Below are positions 31,937-42,016 of a DNA stretch of 64,000 bases, piece after piece; the first letter of the stretch is position 1; every line of letters begins with the position of its first letter. The DNA is from an uncultured bacterium (GTDB lineage: Bacteria; Verrucomicrobiota; Verrucomicrobiia; Limisphaerales; UBA8199). The stretch covers positions 672,001 through 736,000 of the forward strand of contig CAVVMW010000010.1 of assembly GCA_963749495.1 (NCBI GenBank). Direction: 5' to 3'. The notes under the pieces were generated by a model. It was not told the DNA's origin and searched no databases. It was given only the letters and a program-made list of their open reading frames with translations. Both the position numbers and the translations under genes were made by a program.

Positions 31937-32568
31937 ACCCACAGCTCCAGGGACCCAATCAAACGAACCCGTCCAGGGTCATCTGCCGGGTCGGAAGGTC
32001 CGGCGTGTGCCCCAGCCGAAGCCCCATCAGCCGGCGCGTCCCGTAGCGGATCAACTCCATCATCTCGCTGAAGGTCATCGAGCCATCCTTCACCTTCGTC
32101 TCCCTGTCGTCCCCAGACTGTTTGCCCTCCTGGAGGATGCCGAGGGCGTTCCTGGGGACCCAAAAACTCTCAGGCAAAAGTCTCAGTAAACAGCCACGTT
32201 TTCGGCACCCGGGGCGGGGGCGGAGCCCCGCCGACCGCCTTGGAGACACGGTCCGAGGCGACCTCTCTAAACCGCGCCAAACGAAGAAGGAGAGGGCATC
32301 ACCGCCCCGACATCTCCGAATGGAGCCGGGCAATACGTTATCAACCAGACGCCTGCGAAAAAGGCACACCTGCGGATGGCTCCGGGACTCTCGGGGAATA
32401 GTCTCAGGTAATTCCGTCCCCTGCGGCGGTGCACACACGTCCTGCGGGGTTAACAGGGCTGTTGGAAGGTTGGGTTGCGTGGCGGCCAAACCGGATGTAG
32501 TGTCAAGGACTCCTCGGCCCTGGACATGGAATGTCGCGTGCCGCGAAGGCTGGCCGGGGGGGACGCGG

Positions 32569-33199
32569 ATGAGAGAGGTGACACAAATCCTAGAGGCGGT
32601 TGGCGCTGGGGACGGGCAGGCGGCTGAGAAGCTGCTGCCACTGGTTTATGACGAATTGAGGCGGCTGGCGGCGGCGAAGATGGCCGGGGAGGCCCCGGGC
32701 CAAACGCTGCAGCCTACCGCCTTGGTGCACGAGGCTTGGCACCGCTTGGCGGGCTCAAAACCGGTCCAATGGAACGGGCGGGCCCATTTCTTTGGAGCGA
32801 CTGCGGAGGCCATGAGACGCATCCTGCTGGAGCGGGCTAGGAGGAAGGGCCGCATTCGCCACGGCGGGCAGTATGAACGCGTGGACTTGGAGCAAGTCAC
32901 CCTGGCGACCAGAGACAAGGACGGTGTGATTCTGGCCGTTGACGAGGCATTGGAAAAGCTGGCCGAAATCGGGCCGCAGAAGGCCGAGGTTGACACGCTG
33001 GGACGTCGGCTCGCACCGAGCGGAATTGGTGACGAGACTGGACTGCGACGAACCGCTTGAGGGAGCGGATTTGTCGTCGGATGGGAAAATGCTGTTCACG
33101 GGCACGGGCAAGGGCGCCGAACCGGGGACCTCATACCGATTTCGGAGTCGCACTGAGAGCGGTCGCCGCTTCGGCGGATGGGATGAATTGTCCTCGTGA
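32569..33199 (+). pseudogene. Truncated TIGR02999-type ECF sigma fused to a WD40-like tail remnant
   Basis: MREVTQIL...QPTALVHEAW...KAEV breaks at ~32990 (region 4 lost); then ADLSSDGKMLFTG...WDEL, like the ends of the kinase-WD40 paralogues. Confidence 0.75.
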
Positions 33200-33223
33200 C
33201 CGCCAAACTGGAAACGACTGTGT

Positions 33224-36200
33224 ATGAAGGCCATGAACATGAACCACGCGATCCAAAGAACGGTTGTGCCGTCTAATTCCAACAGGGGCCAGATCTCCAA
33301 ACTCCGGGGTGTCCGATACGGCCCTGTCGTATGCCTCGCCGCCTGGCTGTGCCGCGGCCAACCTGCTTCCGGGCAAACGCCGTTGCCTGACGATTTCAAC
33401 CCGGGGGCTGGCAACGGGGTCAATTCCCTTGCGGTCCAGGCCGACGGGAAGATTCTGGTGGGGGGCAACTTCACCACGCTGGGCGGGCAGCCGCGCAACT
33501 ACATTGGCCGGCTCAATGCCGATGGCAGTCTGGACAGCAGCTTCAACCCGGGGGCAGGGGGGCCTCGGGCTCCTATCCCTGCGTCTATTCCCTTGCGGTC
33601 CAGGCCGACGGGGAGATTCTGGTGGGGGGCGCGTTCACCACGCTGGGCGGGCAGACGCGCAATGGAATCGGGCGGCTCAATGCCGATGGCAGCCTGGATA
33701 GCAGCTTCAACCCAGGGGCGGCGTGGGTCTCCTATCCGTGCGTCTATTCCCTTGCGGTGCAAGCCGATGGGAAGATCCTGGTGGGGGGCTGGTTCAGCAC
33801 GCTCGGCGGGCAGCCGCGCAACGGGATTGGCCGGCTCAATGCCGATGGCAGCCTGGACAGCAGCTTCAACCCGGGGGCGGGGGCCTCGGCGCCTTGGGTC
33901 TTTTGCCTTGCGGCGCAGGCCGACGGCAAGATTCTGGTGGGGGGCGGCTTCACCAACTTGGTGGGGCAGACGCGTATCGGTATTGGCCGGCTCAATGCTG
34001 ACGGCAGCTTGGACGGCAGCTTCAACCCGGGGGTGGGGGCGGACCCGAATTCCGGCGGCCCCGGCGCCTATTCCCTCACAGTGCAGGCCGACGGCAAGAT
34101 TCTAGTGGGGGGTGATTTCATCACGCTGGGCGGGCAGTCCCGCACAAACATTGGCCGGCTCAATGCCGATGGCAGCCTGGACAGCAGCTTCGACCCGGGG
34201 GCTAACGGCCGAGTGGTTTCCCTTGCGGTGCAGGCCGACGGGAGGATCCTGGTGGGGGGTGGTTTCACGACGCTGGGCGGGCAGACATGCACAAACATTG
34301 GCCGGCTCAATGCCGATGGCAGCCTGGACAGCAGCTTCAACCCGGGGACCGACGGCGCCGTCAATTCCCTTGCGGTGCAGGCCGACGGGAAGATGCTGGT
34401 GGGGGGCGAGTTCACCACGCTGGGCGGGCAGACGCGCGGCTACATCGCCCGGCTCAACAACACCGGGCCAGCCACCCAAAGCCTGAGCTATGACGGCTCA
34501 ACCATCACCTGGCTGCGTGGCGGCAGCAGCCCCGAGGTCTGGCGTGTGACCTTCGACTTCTCGACCAACGCTTCGACTTGGAGTGGGTTAGGCGCCGGCT
34601 CGCGCGTCCCAGGAACTGGCTGGCAACTGACCAGCGTCTCTCCTCCACCCGGCGGGACCATTCGCGCCCGTGGTTACGCCACGGGTGGCGAATACAACGG
34701 GTCGGGCTGGTTCGTGGAGGCTTACTGGGGCAGCCTGGCGGTGGTGATTGAGCCCTCCAGCCTAGCCAATGATGCGGGAACCACTGCCGCATTGGCGGCG
34801 GTGGGTGGGGGGACCGAGCCGCTCGGCTACCAGTGGCTCAAGAACGGTGTGCCTTTGGTCAACGGCGGCAATGTCACCGGCGCGCTCACGCCCACCTTAA
34901 CCCTAAGCAACCTGCTCAAGGCTGACGAGGCTCAATACGCCGTGGTGGTCACGAACGCCTCGGGCAGCGTGACCAGCCTGGTGGCGACGCTGACGGTCAA
35001 CGACCCTGCCGTCACGGCCCAGCCGGCCAGCCAGCAAACGGAACAGGGCCAGAGCGCAACCTTAAGCCTGAAGGCAGCGGGTACGGAGCCTTTGAGCTAT
35101 CAGTGGTTGAAGGATGGCACGGTGCTGCCGTGGGCGACAGCCTCCGCTTTGACCCTCACCAATCTGCAAGGCGCCGATGCGGGCAACTACTCGGTGGTGG
35201 TCAGCAACGTCTATGCGAGCGTGACCAGCGCGGTGGCCGTGTTGACTGTTAACTCGGCCATTCTCGATAGCAGCTTCAACCCGGGGGTTGACGGCGAGGT
35301 CGATTCCCTTGCGGTGCAGACCGACGGGAGGATCCTGGTGGGGGGCCGCTTCACCACGCTGGGCGGGCAGACGCAGAACTACATTGGCCGGCTCAATGCC
35401 GATGGCAGCTTGGACAGCAGCTTCAACCCGGGGGCGGGGGCGGACCCGAATTCCGGCGTCCCCGGCGTCTATTCCCTCGCGGTGCAGGTCAACGGGAAGA
35501 TTCTGGTGGGGGGCTGGTTCACCACGCTCGGCGGGCAGACGTGCAACCACATTGGCCGGCTCAATGCCGATGGCAGCCTGGACAGCAGCTTCAACTCAGG
35601 GGCTGACAGCTACGTCGTTTCCCTTGCGGTGCAGGCCGACGGGAAGATTCTGGTGGGGGGCGGGCTCACCACGCTCGGCGGGCAGAGCTGCAATGGAATC
35701 GGGCGGCTCAATGCCGATGGCAGCCTGGACAGCAGCTTCAACGCGGGTGCCGACCTCTCGGTTGATTCCATTGTGGTGCAGGCCGACGGGAAGATTCTGG
35801 TGGGGGGCGTGTTCACCACGCTCGGCGGGCAGGGGCGCAATGCAATCGGGCGGCTCAATGCCGATGGCAGCCTGGACAGCAGCTTCAACGCGGTGGTGAA
35901 GTCGGAATGGAATCCCAACGTCTCTTCCCTTGCGGTGCAGGCCGACGGGAAGATTCTGGTGGCGGGCTTTTTCAGTTGGCTGGACGGGCAGCCGCGCAAC
36001 TACATGGGCCGACTCAATGCCGATGGCAGCCTGGACAGCAGCTTCAACCCGGGGATCGGGGCTCCTCTGCCAACGTCTCTTCCCTGGCCGTGCAGACTGA
36101 CGGGAGGATCCTGGTGGGGGGTGGTTTCACCACGCTGGGCGGGCAGACGTGCACAAACTTTGGCCGGCTCAATGCCGATGGCAGCCTGGACGGCAGCTTC

Positions 36201-36845
36201 AACCCGGGAGTGGGGGGCTCGTATTCCTACGTCAGTTCCCTTGCGGCGCAGGCCGACGGGAAGGTTCTGGTGGGCGGCGGCTTCACCACGCTGGGCGGGC
36301 AGACGTGCATAAACCTTGGCCGGCTCTACACCGGGCCAGCCACCAGTAGTCTCAGCTATGAGGGTTCGACCATCGCTTGGATACGTGGCGGCAGCAGCCC
36401 GGAGGTTTGGCGCACGGCTTTTGACTTTTCGGCCAACGATGTGGACTGGAACAGCCTCGGGGCGGGCACACGCATTGCGGGAGGCTGGCAGTTGACGAAC
36501 ACGTCGCTGCCGTCCACCACCGGCGCCATTCGCGCACGGGGTTTTGTCACTGGTGGTGAAGGCAACTGCTCGGCTTGGTTTGTGGAGAGCACGCTGCCGG
36601 TCGGCATTCCACCCTCCCCGCCGTCCATCCTCACCAGCGACGCGCGTTTCGGCTTCGGGGCCAATGGCTTTGGTTTCAACATCAGCGCTGTTGCCGGCCG
36701 AACCATCGTGGTCGAGGCCTCGACCAACTTGCTGAATTGGGCTCCCGTCGCGACCCACGTAATGGGCTCCGGTCCATTCTATTTCAGCGACCCTGGCGCA
36801 GGGGCTTTCCCGGCGCGCTTCTACCGTGCTCGCTGGGCGCCGTAA
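33224..36845 (+). pseudogene. Delta-60 repeat beta-propeller + two Ig domains + C-terminal domain; frameshifts near 33570 and 36060
   Basis: Many [39 protein letters not shown] repeats; YQWLK Ig domains; VVEASTNL..W...FYRA tail. Confidence 0.9.
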
Positions 36846-37146
36846 ACCAGCGGTTCCTGGGGCTGCTGAACCAGATCCGTCAGGAGTTGTCCAGGAGGTA
36901 AGCCATAGTGGGTCAGCGACATTCCCAGGCCAAGCTCGCGACAGAGTTGGAACTGAACCACGGCGAAGGGGTCCGGCCGAAAGGCCGACTGCCGTGAGTC
37001 GCGTTCCGCGATGACGTGGACGTGCTCCGAGTCTTTACCGCGGAGACCTGGCCGCGCAATGTCGTTGGCCACGCCCGCTTCAGCCCCGCTTCCGCGCGCC
37101 GGCGCGTGGACGAAATCTTGGCCCTGCACCTGGAGCGCCAGGCGGC

Positions 37147-37689
37147 TTGCCGTTGGATCCTCGGCCCCTCTCCGAACCGTCCGACCTGACGCAGCACCTG
37201 CGAACGTGCGGGTTTCGCTGCGAGATCCATACGACGGGCATGGCCTGCGAGCTAAACGCCACGCCCAAGCTTATCGCCCTACCGGAAGGTGTCGTCATCC
37301 TGCATGTGATGGAACCGCCGGCATTGGCCCCGTTGACCACCGAGTTCAAACAGCGGCGGCATCGTGGCCGTTCGCTGCCGGCGCGCGCCGAGCCGGAAAA
37401 GCGTCTGTGCTTCGCGGCCTATTCCGAGGATGAACCGGTTGGGGAGATCACCCTATTTCTCGCGGCTGGGGTGGCGGGCATCTACTATGTCGAGGTGACC
37501 AGGGAATGCCGCCGACGCGGGATCGGCGCGGCGTTGTTGCAGGCCGCCCTGGACCGAGCGCGTGAACTCGGCTTTGCGACAGCCGTGCCTGGCGCGACCA
37601 GGCTCGGACGTGGCGTGTATGCCCGTGCGGGTTTTCGGGACGTCTGCAAGATGAGCTTCTGGAGGCACGGGAGAACGCGCCAGAAATGA
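37147..37689 (+). CDS. GNAT family N-acetyltransferase (N-terminus uncertain)
   Basis: AGIYYV.V....RRRGIGAAL motif A; GVY.RAGF. Confidence 0.75.
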   Translation: MPLDPRPLSEPSDLTQHLRTCGFRCEIHTTGMACELNATPKLIALPEGVVILHVMEPPALAPLTTEFKQRRHRGRSLPARAEPEKRLCFAAYSEDEPVGEITLFLAAGVAGIYYVEVTRECRRRGIGAALLQAALDRARELGFATAVPGATRLGRGVYARAGFRDVCKMSFWRHGRTRQK

Positions 37690-37820
37690 ACACGCCGGGA
37701 GCACTGGAAGCGCTGTTGGCCGAGTTGGAAACGCTCGGGCAGAACCATGATCGCAACTACCCTGAGCGTTGCCGCCGCATGCTCTGCATCACGCGCGACA
37801 CTGGTGAATTCCTCGCCGTT
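37686..37820 (+). pseudogene. N-terminal fragment of an O-methyltransferase-like protein
   Basis: ATGA-coupled to the GNAT gene; MNTPGALEALLAELE..G..HD....R..RML.IT.DTGEFL then breaks. Confidence 0.5.
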
Positions 37821-38558
37821 AAAGGGCCAGATTGCGGAAGCGATGCAAGCGCGGCGTCCTGAGGCAAGCCCGTAGCCGATTCCGCACTCGCGAGATCATC
37901 GTGTGCCGTCTGCAGCGCAAGCCGGTGCTGTTGGTGAGCCCGCGGGTGACATTTCCCGCGCTGGTGAAGCTCCAGGAGCACGTTCGCGACGACCCCATTG
38001 CGGCTGAGTGGCTGGACCAAGTCGCGACCGAGATCCCCATCAAACCTGACCCCAAGGCACTCCCAGTCTCTGGTATGTGCCCCTGGTGGGGGGCCGATCA
38101 CTTCTTCGACGGCTTTGGATTCCGATATTACAGAGCGCACTTCCGATGGCAGAGAGCCGTTTGAATTTGCTGGAAGCGTCCCGGCGGCTGGGGGACCGCG
38201 CTCCTTCCATTCCTGGAACGGCTGTCCAGGCATATCCCGCGAAGGTGGGATCATCGCGTCAAGCGCTTTGTCCGCAACGACGGTTGGCTGTTGTGGGATT
38301 TGCCGTATTAATTTGGGAGCGCCGTGAGCCGCGCGGTTGGCGCATCTGAGGGGTAATGCAGCAGCACGCCCCTGTCAGCATGGACAGCTTGGAGAACCGG
38401 CAGGCAAGATCGCCACATGGATCGCAACAGCAGCGCCTCCGCATCCCGCTCCATGATTCCCGGATGAGCCTCGGCACCGCACCGACCCCGCAGATCGGGG
38501 GCGGCGTTTCCGCGGCAAGCACGCAGGGTGCGAGGATTTTGCGGCCAACAAAAAACTC

Positions 38559-39410
38559 GTGATAAGCCAAACACCTAATCCGATCCTCAGCCTCGGCCCC
38601 TACTTCATCCCGAAGGCCCCGCAATCGCCAGACCTGGAGTTTGAGAACGCCTTTCTTTGGCCCTTGAACCTTGCGCTTGAGCTGGCGACCCCGAGGCGCC
38701 TTATGTCTGTCGAACTCTTCCGCCACGCCCCACGGTTCGACCTTCCTCCTCAACTCCGCGTGAAGTTCCCTCCCCGGAAGTCCAGCTTGGATGACGTCAA
38801 GTTCCCCAGGCGCCAACTCTCCTTCTCGATGCGATGCATCGTGCTCCAGGTCGTGGAGACGCCCATCGGCGACTTCGTCACCCTGGAACGTCTGCTCGCC
38901 GAGTTCTATGAGAAACGCTTGATATGCCGGCCTCTGCTCCAGGTCCTCCGGGAGTTGGAGGAAGCAACCAACCTCCCGAACCCCTCGACCCTCAATTGGG
39001 CAGAGGGGTTGTTGCTCCCGAGCGCCGAGGCTGAGGGATTCCGCCTGCAAGGGACCCTCGTGGAACCCATCTGCCCTCCGGCAGACTCCGCAACCGCCTA
39101 TGTGGGGATAGGCTGGGCACCCGGGCCGACAGCGGCGGCGGCCCACGCGAACTCCCTTCGGTTTCGGCTGTCAGAGTCGCGAGAGTTTCTTGATCAAGGG
39201 GATTGGCACGAAGCCCCCTTCCCCTCTCTTGGGCGGCTCCTTAGCCGGGAGCTTCAGCGCCTGGTCAAAGGAGGATCACCGCTGACCCTGCTCACTCCCG
39301 CCGGCAGACAGGCTGTGCGAGAGCAGGCCATAGTCGTGCCAGGCTTCCCTGCCCCCGCTCCTTTCGCCACGGAATCTCCAGGCAAACCCCCGGATGAAAC
39401 TCGAGCCTAA
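38559..39410 (+). CDS. Hypothetical protein
   Basis: 283-aa ORF with protein-like composition; no motif recognised. Confidence 0.5.
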   Translation: MISQTPNPILSLGPYFIPKAPQSPDLEFENAFLWPLNLALELATPRRLMSVELFRHAPRFDLPPQLRVKFPPRKSSLDDVKFPRRQLSFSMRCIVLQVVETPIGDFVTLERLLAEFYEKRLICRPLLQVLRELEEATNLPNPSTLNWAEGLLLPSAEAEGFRLQGTLVEPICPPADSATAYVGIGWAPGPTAAAAHANSLRFRLSESREFLDQGDWHEAPFPSLGRLLSRELQRLVKGGSPLTLLTPAGRQAVREQAIVVPGFPAPAPFATESPGKPPDETRA

Positions 39411-39592
39411 GGCCACGACAATTGGTCGGCGCCGGCTCGCCAGCTTTAGGCGCGTGTGGGACTTCCGCCGCCAAGTCCCGCAGGGCGAGCCATCGCGGCT
39501 TCTGAGAGATTCCCTTCCTCCATCGGGTACGGCGTGTCCACGCATTCCGCATAACCCACTGACCGCCGTGAATTCGCCGCCACACAAAAGTC

Positions 39593-40270
39593 GTGACTAC
39601 AGACCTCACGATCATTATTGGGCCTCCAGCGCCCGGCGGCGTTTGCAGCGCGCGGAACCTGTTGGAGGCGTTAACCTCGGAGCAACGCAAGGAGCTCCAC
39701 GATTTCGCCGCCAAGCGGCTCGCGCGCGTGGCAAAAATCCCATCGTGCCAGCGTCGGCTGGCCGGGACTTCAGCCGACGAAATGGTCCACCGCGCCATCG
39801 AAGCGGCCCTGCTGGGTGAGCAGCAACCTCGCAAAGGACGGCGTTCTGAAGGCCAAGAACTGCCGCTCCACCGCGGCGTTCATCCTCTACCTGCAGAGCG
39901 TCATCAACAGCCAGCTCTCCAACCTGACGCGCTCGCTCGAAACCAACTGCGAGCACGTGCCCGTTGGCGACTGCTGGGAAAATCCGGACGCGGTTGAACC
40001 AGTCGACCTGGCGGACCTCTTGCGCCTTATCGAGCGCCGCGATCTGAAGGCCGTCTTGTTCGCGCGCCTCCGGCAGTGGGCGGCCGACCACGCCGGGTCC
40101 TGCGGATCATCGACTACTGGGAACAGCACTTCGAGGCCAGCGACCGGATCGGCCACCGCGGCTTCGATCAGAACCTCGTGCACCGCGTCCGCCTGAAGTC
40201 TCGGGAGATCTGCCGCGGGCTGACGCACGAGTTTCACCCGCAGGCAACCACCGGCCGGGAGATCTTATAA
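39593..40270 (+). pseudogene. Divergent sigma-70 region-2-like protein with two frameshifts
   Basis: Joining three frames gives ELHDFAAKRL...SADEMVHRAIEAALLG...AFILYLQSVINSQLSN...VHRVR.K.R.I. Confidence 0.4.
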
Positions 40271-40332
40271 TGTGAAAGCCCGCCCCCAACTCCATCCTGG
40301 CGCGGCTCGCGCACCACCAGGGCCGCCCCCGG

Positions 40333-40357
40333 TTGAAAAAAAGTGATCTTTTTTCAA
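40333..40357. promoter_or_regulatory. AT-rich inverted repeat, candidate operator
   Basis: TTGAAAAAA-N7-TTTTTTCAA, ~140 bp upstream of the HTH-phosphoesterase start. Confidence 0.4.
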
Positions 40358-40499
40358 AAAGATTTTCCTCCTCGTCAGCTTATATCCTGTGGAAGGGACT
40401 GCGTCGGGCGAGGGACACGGCGGGTCGGCGGCGGTTTGCCGCCGGCCCGCTCCTTCGACCGCCCCCCGCAGAGGCCTTCCAGGACATCGCACTATAAGT

Positions 40500-42008
40500 A
40501 TGACGACGACGACAAACCCGCAGACCGACCCGCTCTATGACCGAGCCCGCCAGATCCTGGCGGCCAACCTCGGCATGGGCAAAGGCAAATTGGCAACACT
40601 GCTCGGGGTCAGGACCCCGACCTCGCGGCGCCTGCTCGAGCGCTGGCGCGGCGAGACCATGGGCCACGGCACCCACCCGGACTGCGTGAGAGTCCGCCAG
40701 CTCAAGGACCTCCACCCGGAGTGGGGGGCCGCCAGGATCGCGCAGAATCTTGGCCTCAGCATCGATCACGCCAAGCTCCACCTGGCGCGGTGGCTGGGGG
40801 CGCAGTCCTTTGGCGCCGCTGGCCCCGTCCAGGCGCTCCTCAACCCGGCAGCGTCGGCCGTCGCTCCCCCAGTGGAAGATGGGGCCGCGGGCGACCAATT
40901 CGAGGACACCACCAGCGGCGACCTGCGCGACTTGGCCTACCGCGGCACCGGCAAGCAATCGGTGGAGGAACTGCTGGCGAGCGCCAGGGTGGACCCGAGC
41001 ATCTGGCAGGTCAACCGGCAGAGCCTCAGCATGGCCGAGCGCCCCGCCAAGGAGCTGGTGGACTCGGAAGTCGAACCGCGCAAGATCCGGACCTACTCGA
41101 TCCGCGTGACGCTTCGGCGCCGCACCGCCGAGCTCAACTTCCAGGGCATCCTCGACGCCATGCTCCAGCAGTTCAGGAGCGCCGCGCCCGTGTTGCCCCC
41201 GCTCGTGCGCTCGCTCACGCGCCGTGGCCTCCTGGAAATCTCCATGCCCGACGGCCACCTCGGCAAGATCGCCCGGGGCGAGGAAACCGGAGGACGGGAC
41301 CACGATGCCGACATCGCCGAGAAGATGTTCCGCGACGCCCTGCAGGACCTGCTGGGCAAGGCCTCAATCATGCAGCCCGAAAAGGTGTTGTTCATCGCCG
41401 GCAACGACTTCCTTAACACGGACAACTTGGGGCGCACGACTACCGCCGGCACGCCGCAGGACGAAATGCTCCGCTGGCCGGAGAGTTTCGCGCGCGGCAA
41501 GCGCCTGCTGGTCTGGGCCATCAACCTGCTCCGGGAGGTCGCGCCTACGACCGTACTTATGGTCCCCGGGAACCACGACCAGCAACGCCTCCATTACCTG
41601 GGACATGTGCTTGAGGCCTGGTATCACAATACGGCCGACGTGACGGTCGATGCCTCTCCCCGGCTTCGCAAATACGTCCACTACCACGCGAACCTGCTGG
41701 GCTATTGCCACGGCCACGAGCCTCAGCGGCACCAGGCCCTTCCGGTTTTGATGGCGATCGAGCAGCCAGAGGCCTGGAGCAAGACTCGGCACCGCGCTTG
41801 GGGGCTGGGACATCTCCACGCCAAGCAGTCCCTGGTCTATGTTCCGCATCGCGACCTCAGCAGTGTGGCCGTGCGCATCCTTCCCTCCCTTTGCCCCGCA
41901 GACGCTTGGTCGGCAGGCATGGGCTACGTGGGCAAGCTCTCGGCGGAGGCCCATTTCTGGGATCCCGAGGATGGGTGCGTGGCCAGCTTCTATCACAGCC
42001 CTGCCTGA
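40500..42008 (+). CDS. HTH-containing calcineurin-like metallophosphoesterase
   Basis: All five motifs: DGH, GND, GNHD, HGH, GHLH; N-terminal tandem HTH-like segments (MGKGKLATLLGV; HPEWGAARIAQNLGL). Confidence 0.85.
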   Translation: MTTTTNPQTDPLYDRARQILAANLGMGKGKLATLLGVRTPTSRRLLERWRGETMGHGTHPDCVRVRQLKDLHPEWGAARIAQNLGLSIDHAKLHLARWLGAQSFGAAGPVQALLNPAASAVAPPVEDGAAGDQFEDTTSGDLRDLAYRGTGKQSVEELLASARVDPSIWQVNRQSLSMAERPAKELVDSEVEPRKIRTYSIRVTLRRRTAELNFQGILDAMLQQFRSAAPVLPPLVRSLTRRGLLEISMPDGHLGKIARGEETGGRDHDADIAEKMFRDALQDLLGKASIMQPEKVLFIAGNDFLNTDNLGRTTTAGTPQDEMLRWPESFARGKRLLVWAINLLREVAPTTVLMVPGNHDQQRLHYLGHVLEAWYHNTADVTVDASPRLRKYVHYHANLLGYCHGHEPQRHQALPVLMAIEQPEAWSKTRHRAWGLGHLHAKQSLVYVPHRDLSSVAVRILPSLCPADAWSAGMGYVGKLSAEAHFWDPEDGCVASFYHSPA

Positions 42009-42016
42009 ACCGCCCC

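Noticed and set aside
33390..36330. Many near-identical ~150-170-bp repeats (possible CRISPR or DGR template/variable pair)
   Set aside because: Coding delta-60 repeats; differences are not adenine-specific as far as I can see, and there is no reverse transcriptase in the window.
39295..39315. CCCGCCGGCAGACAGG, and CTGTCTGCCCAGACAGG at ~31864, as extra copies of the 20-bp palindrome
   Set aside because: Only partial matches, and no demonstrable frame disruption or empty-site logic.
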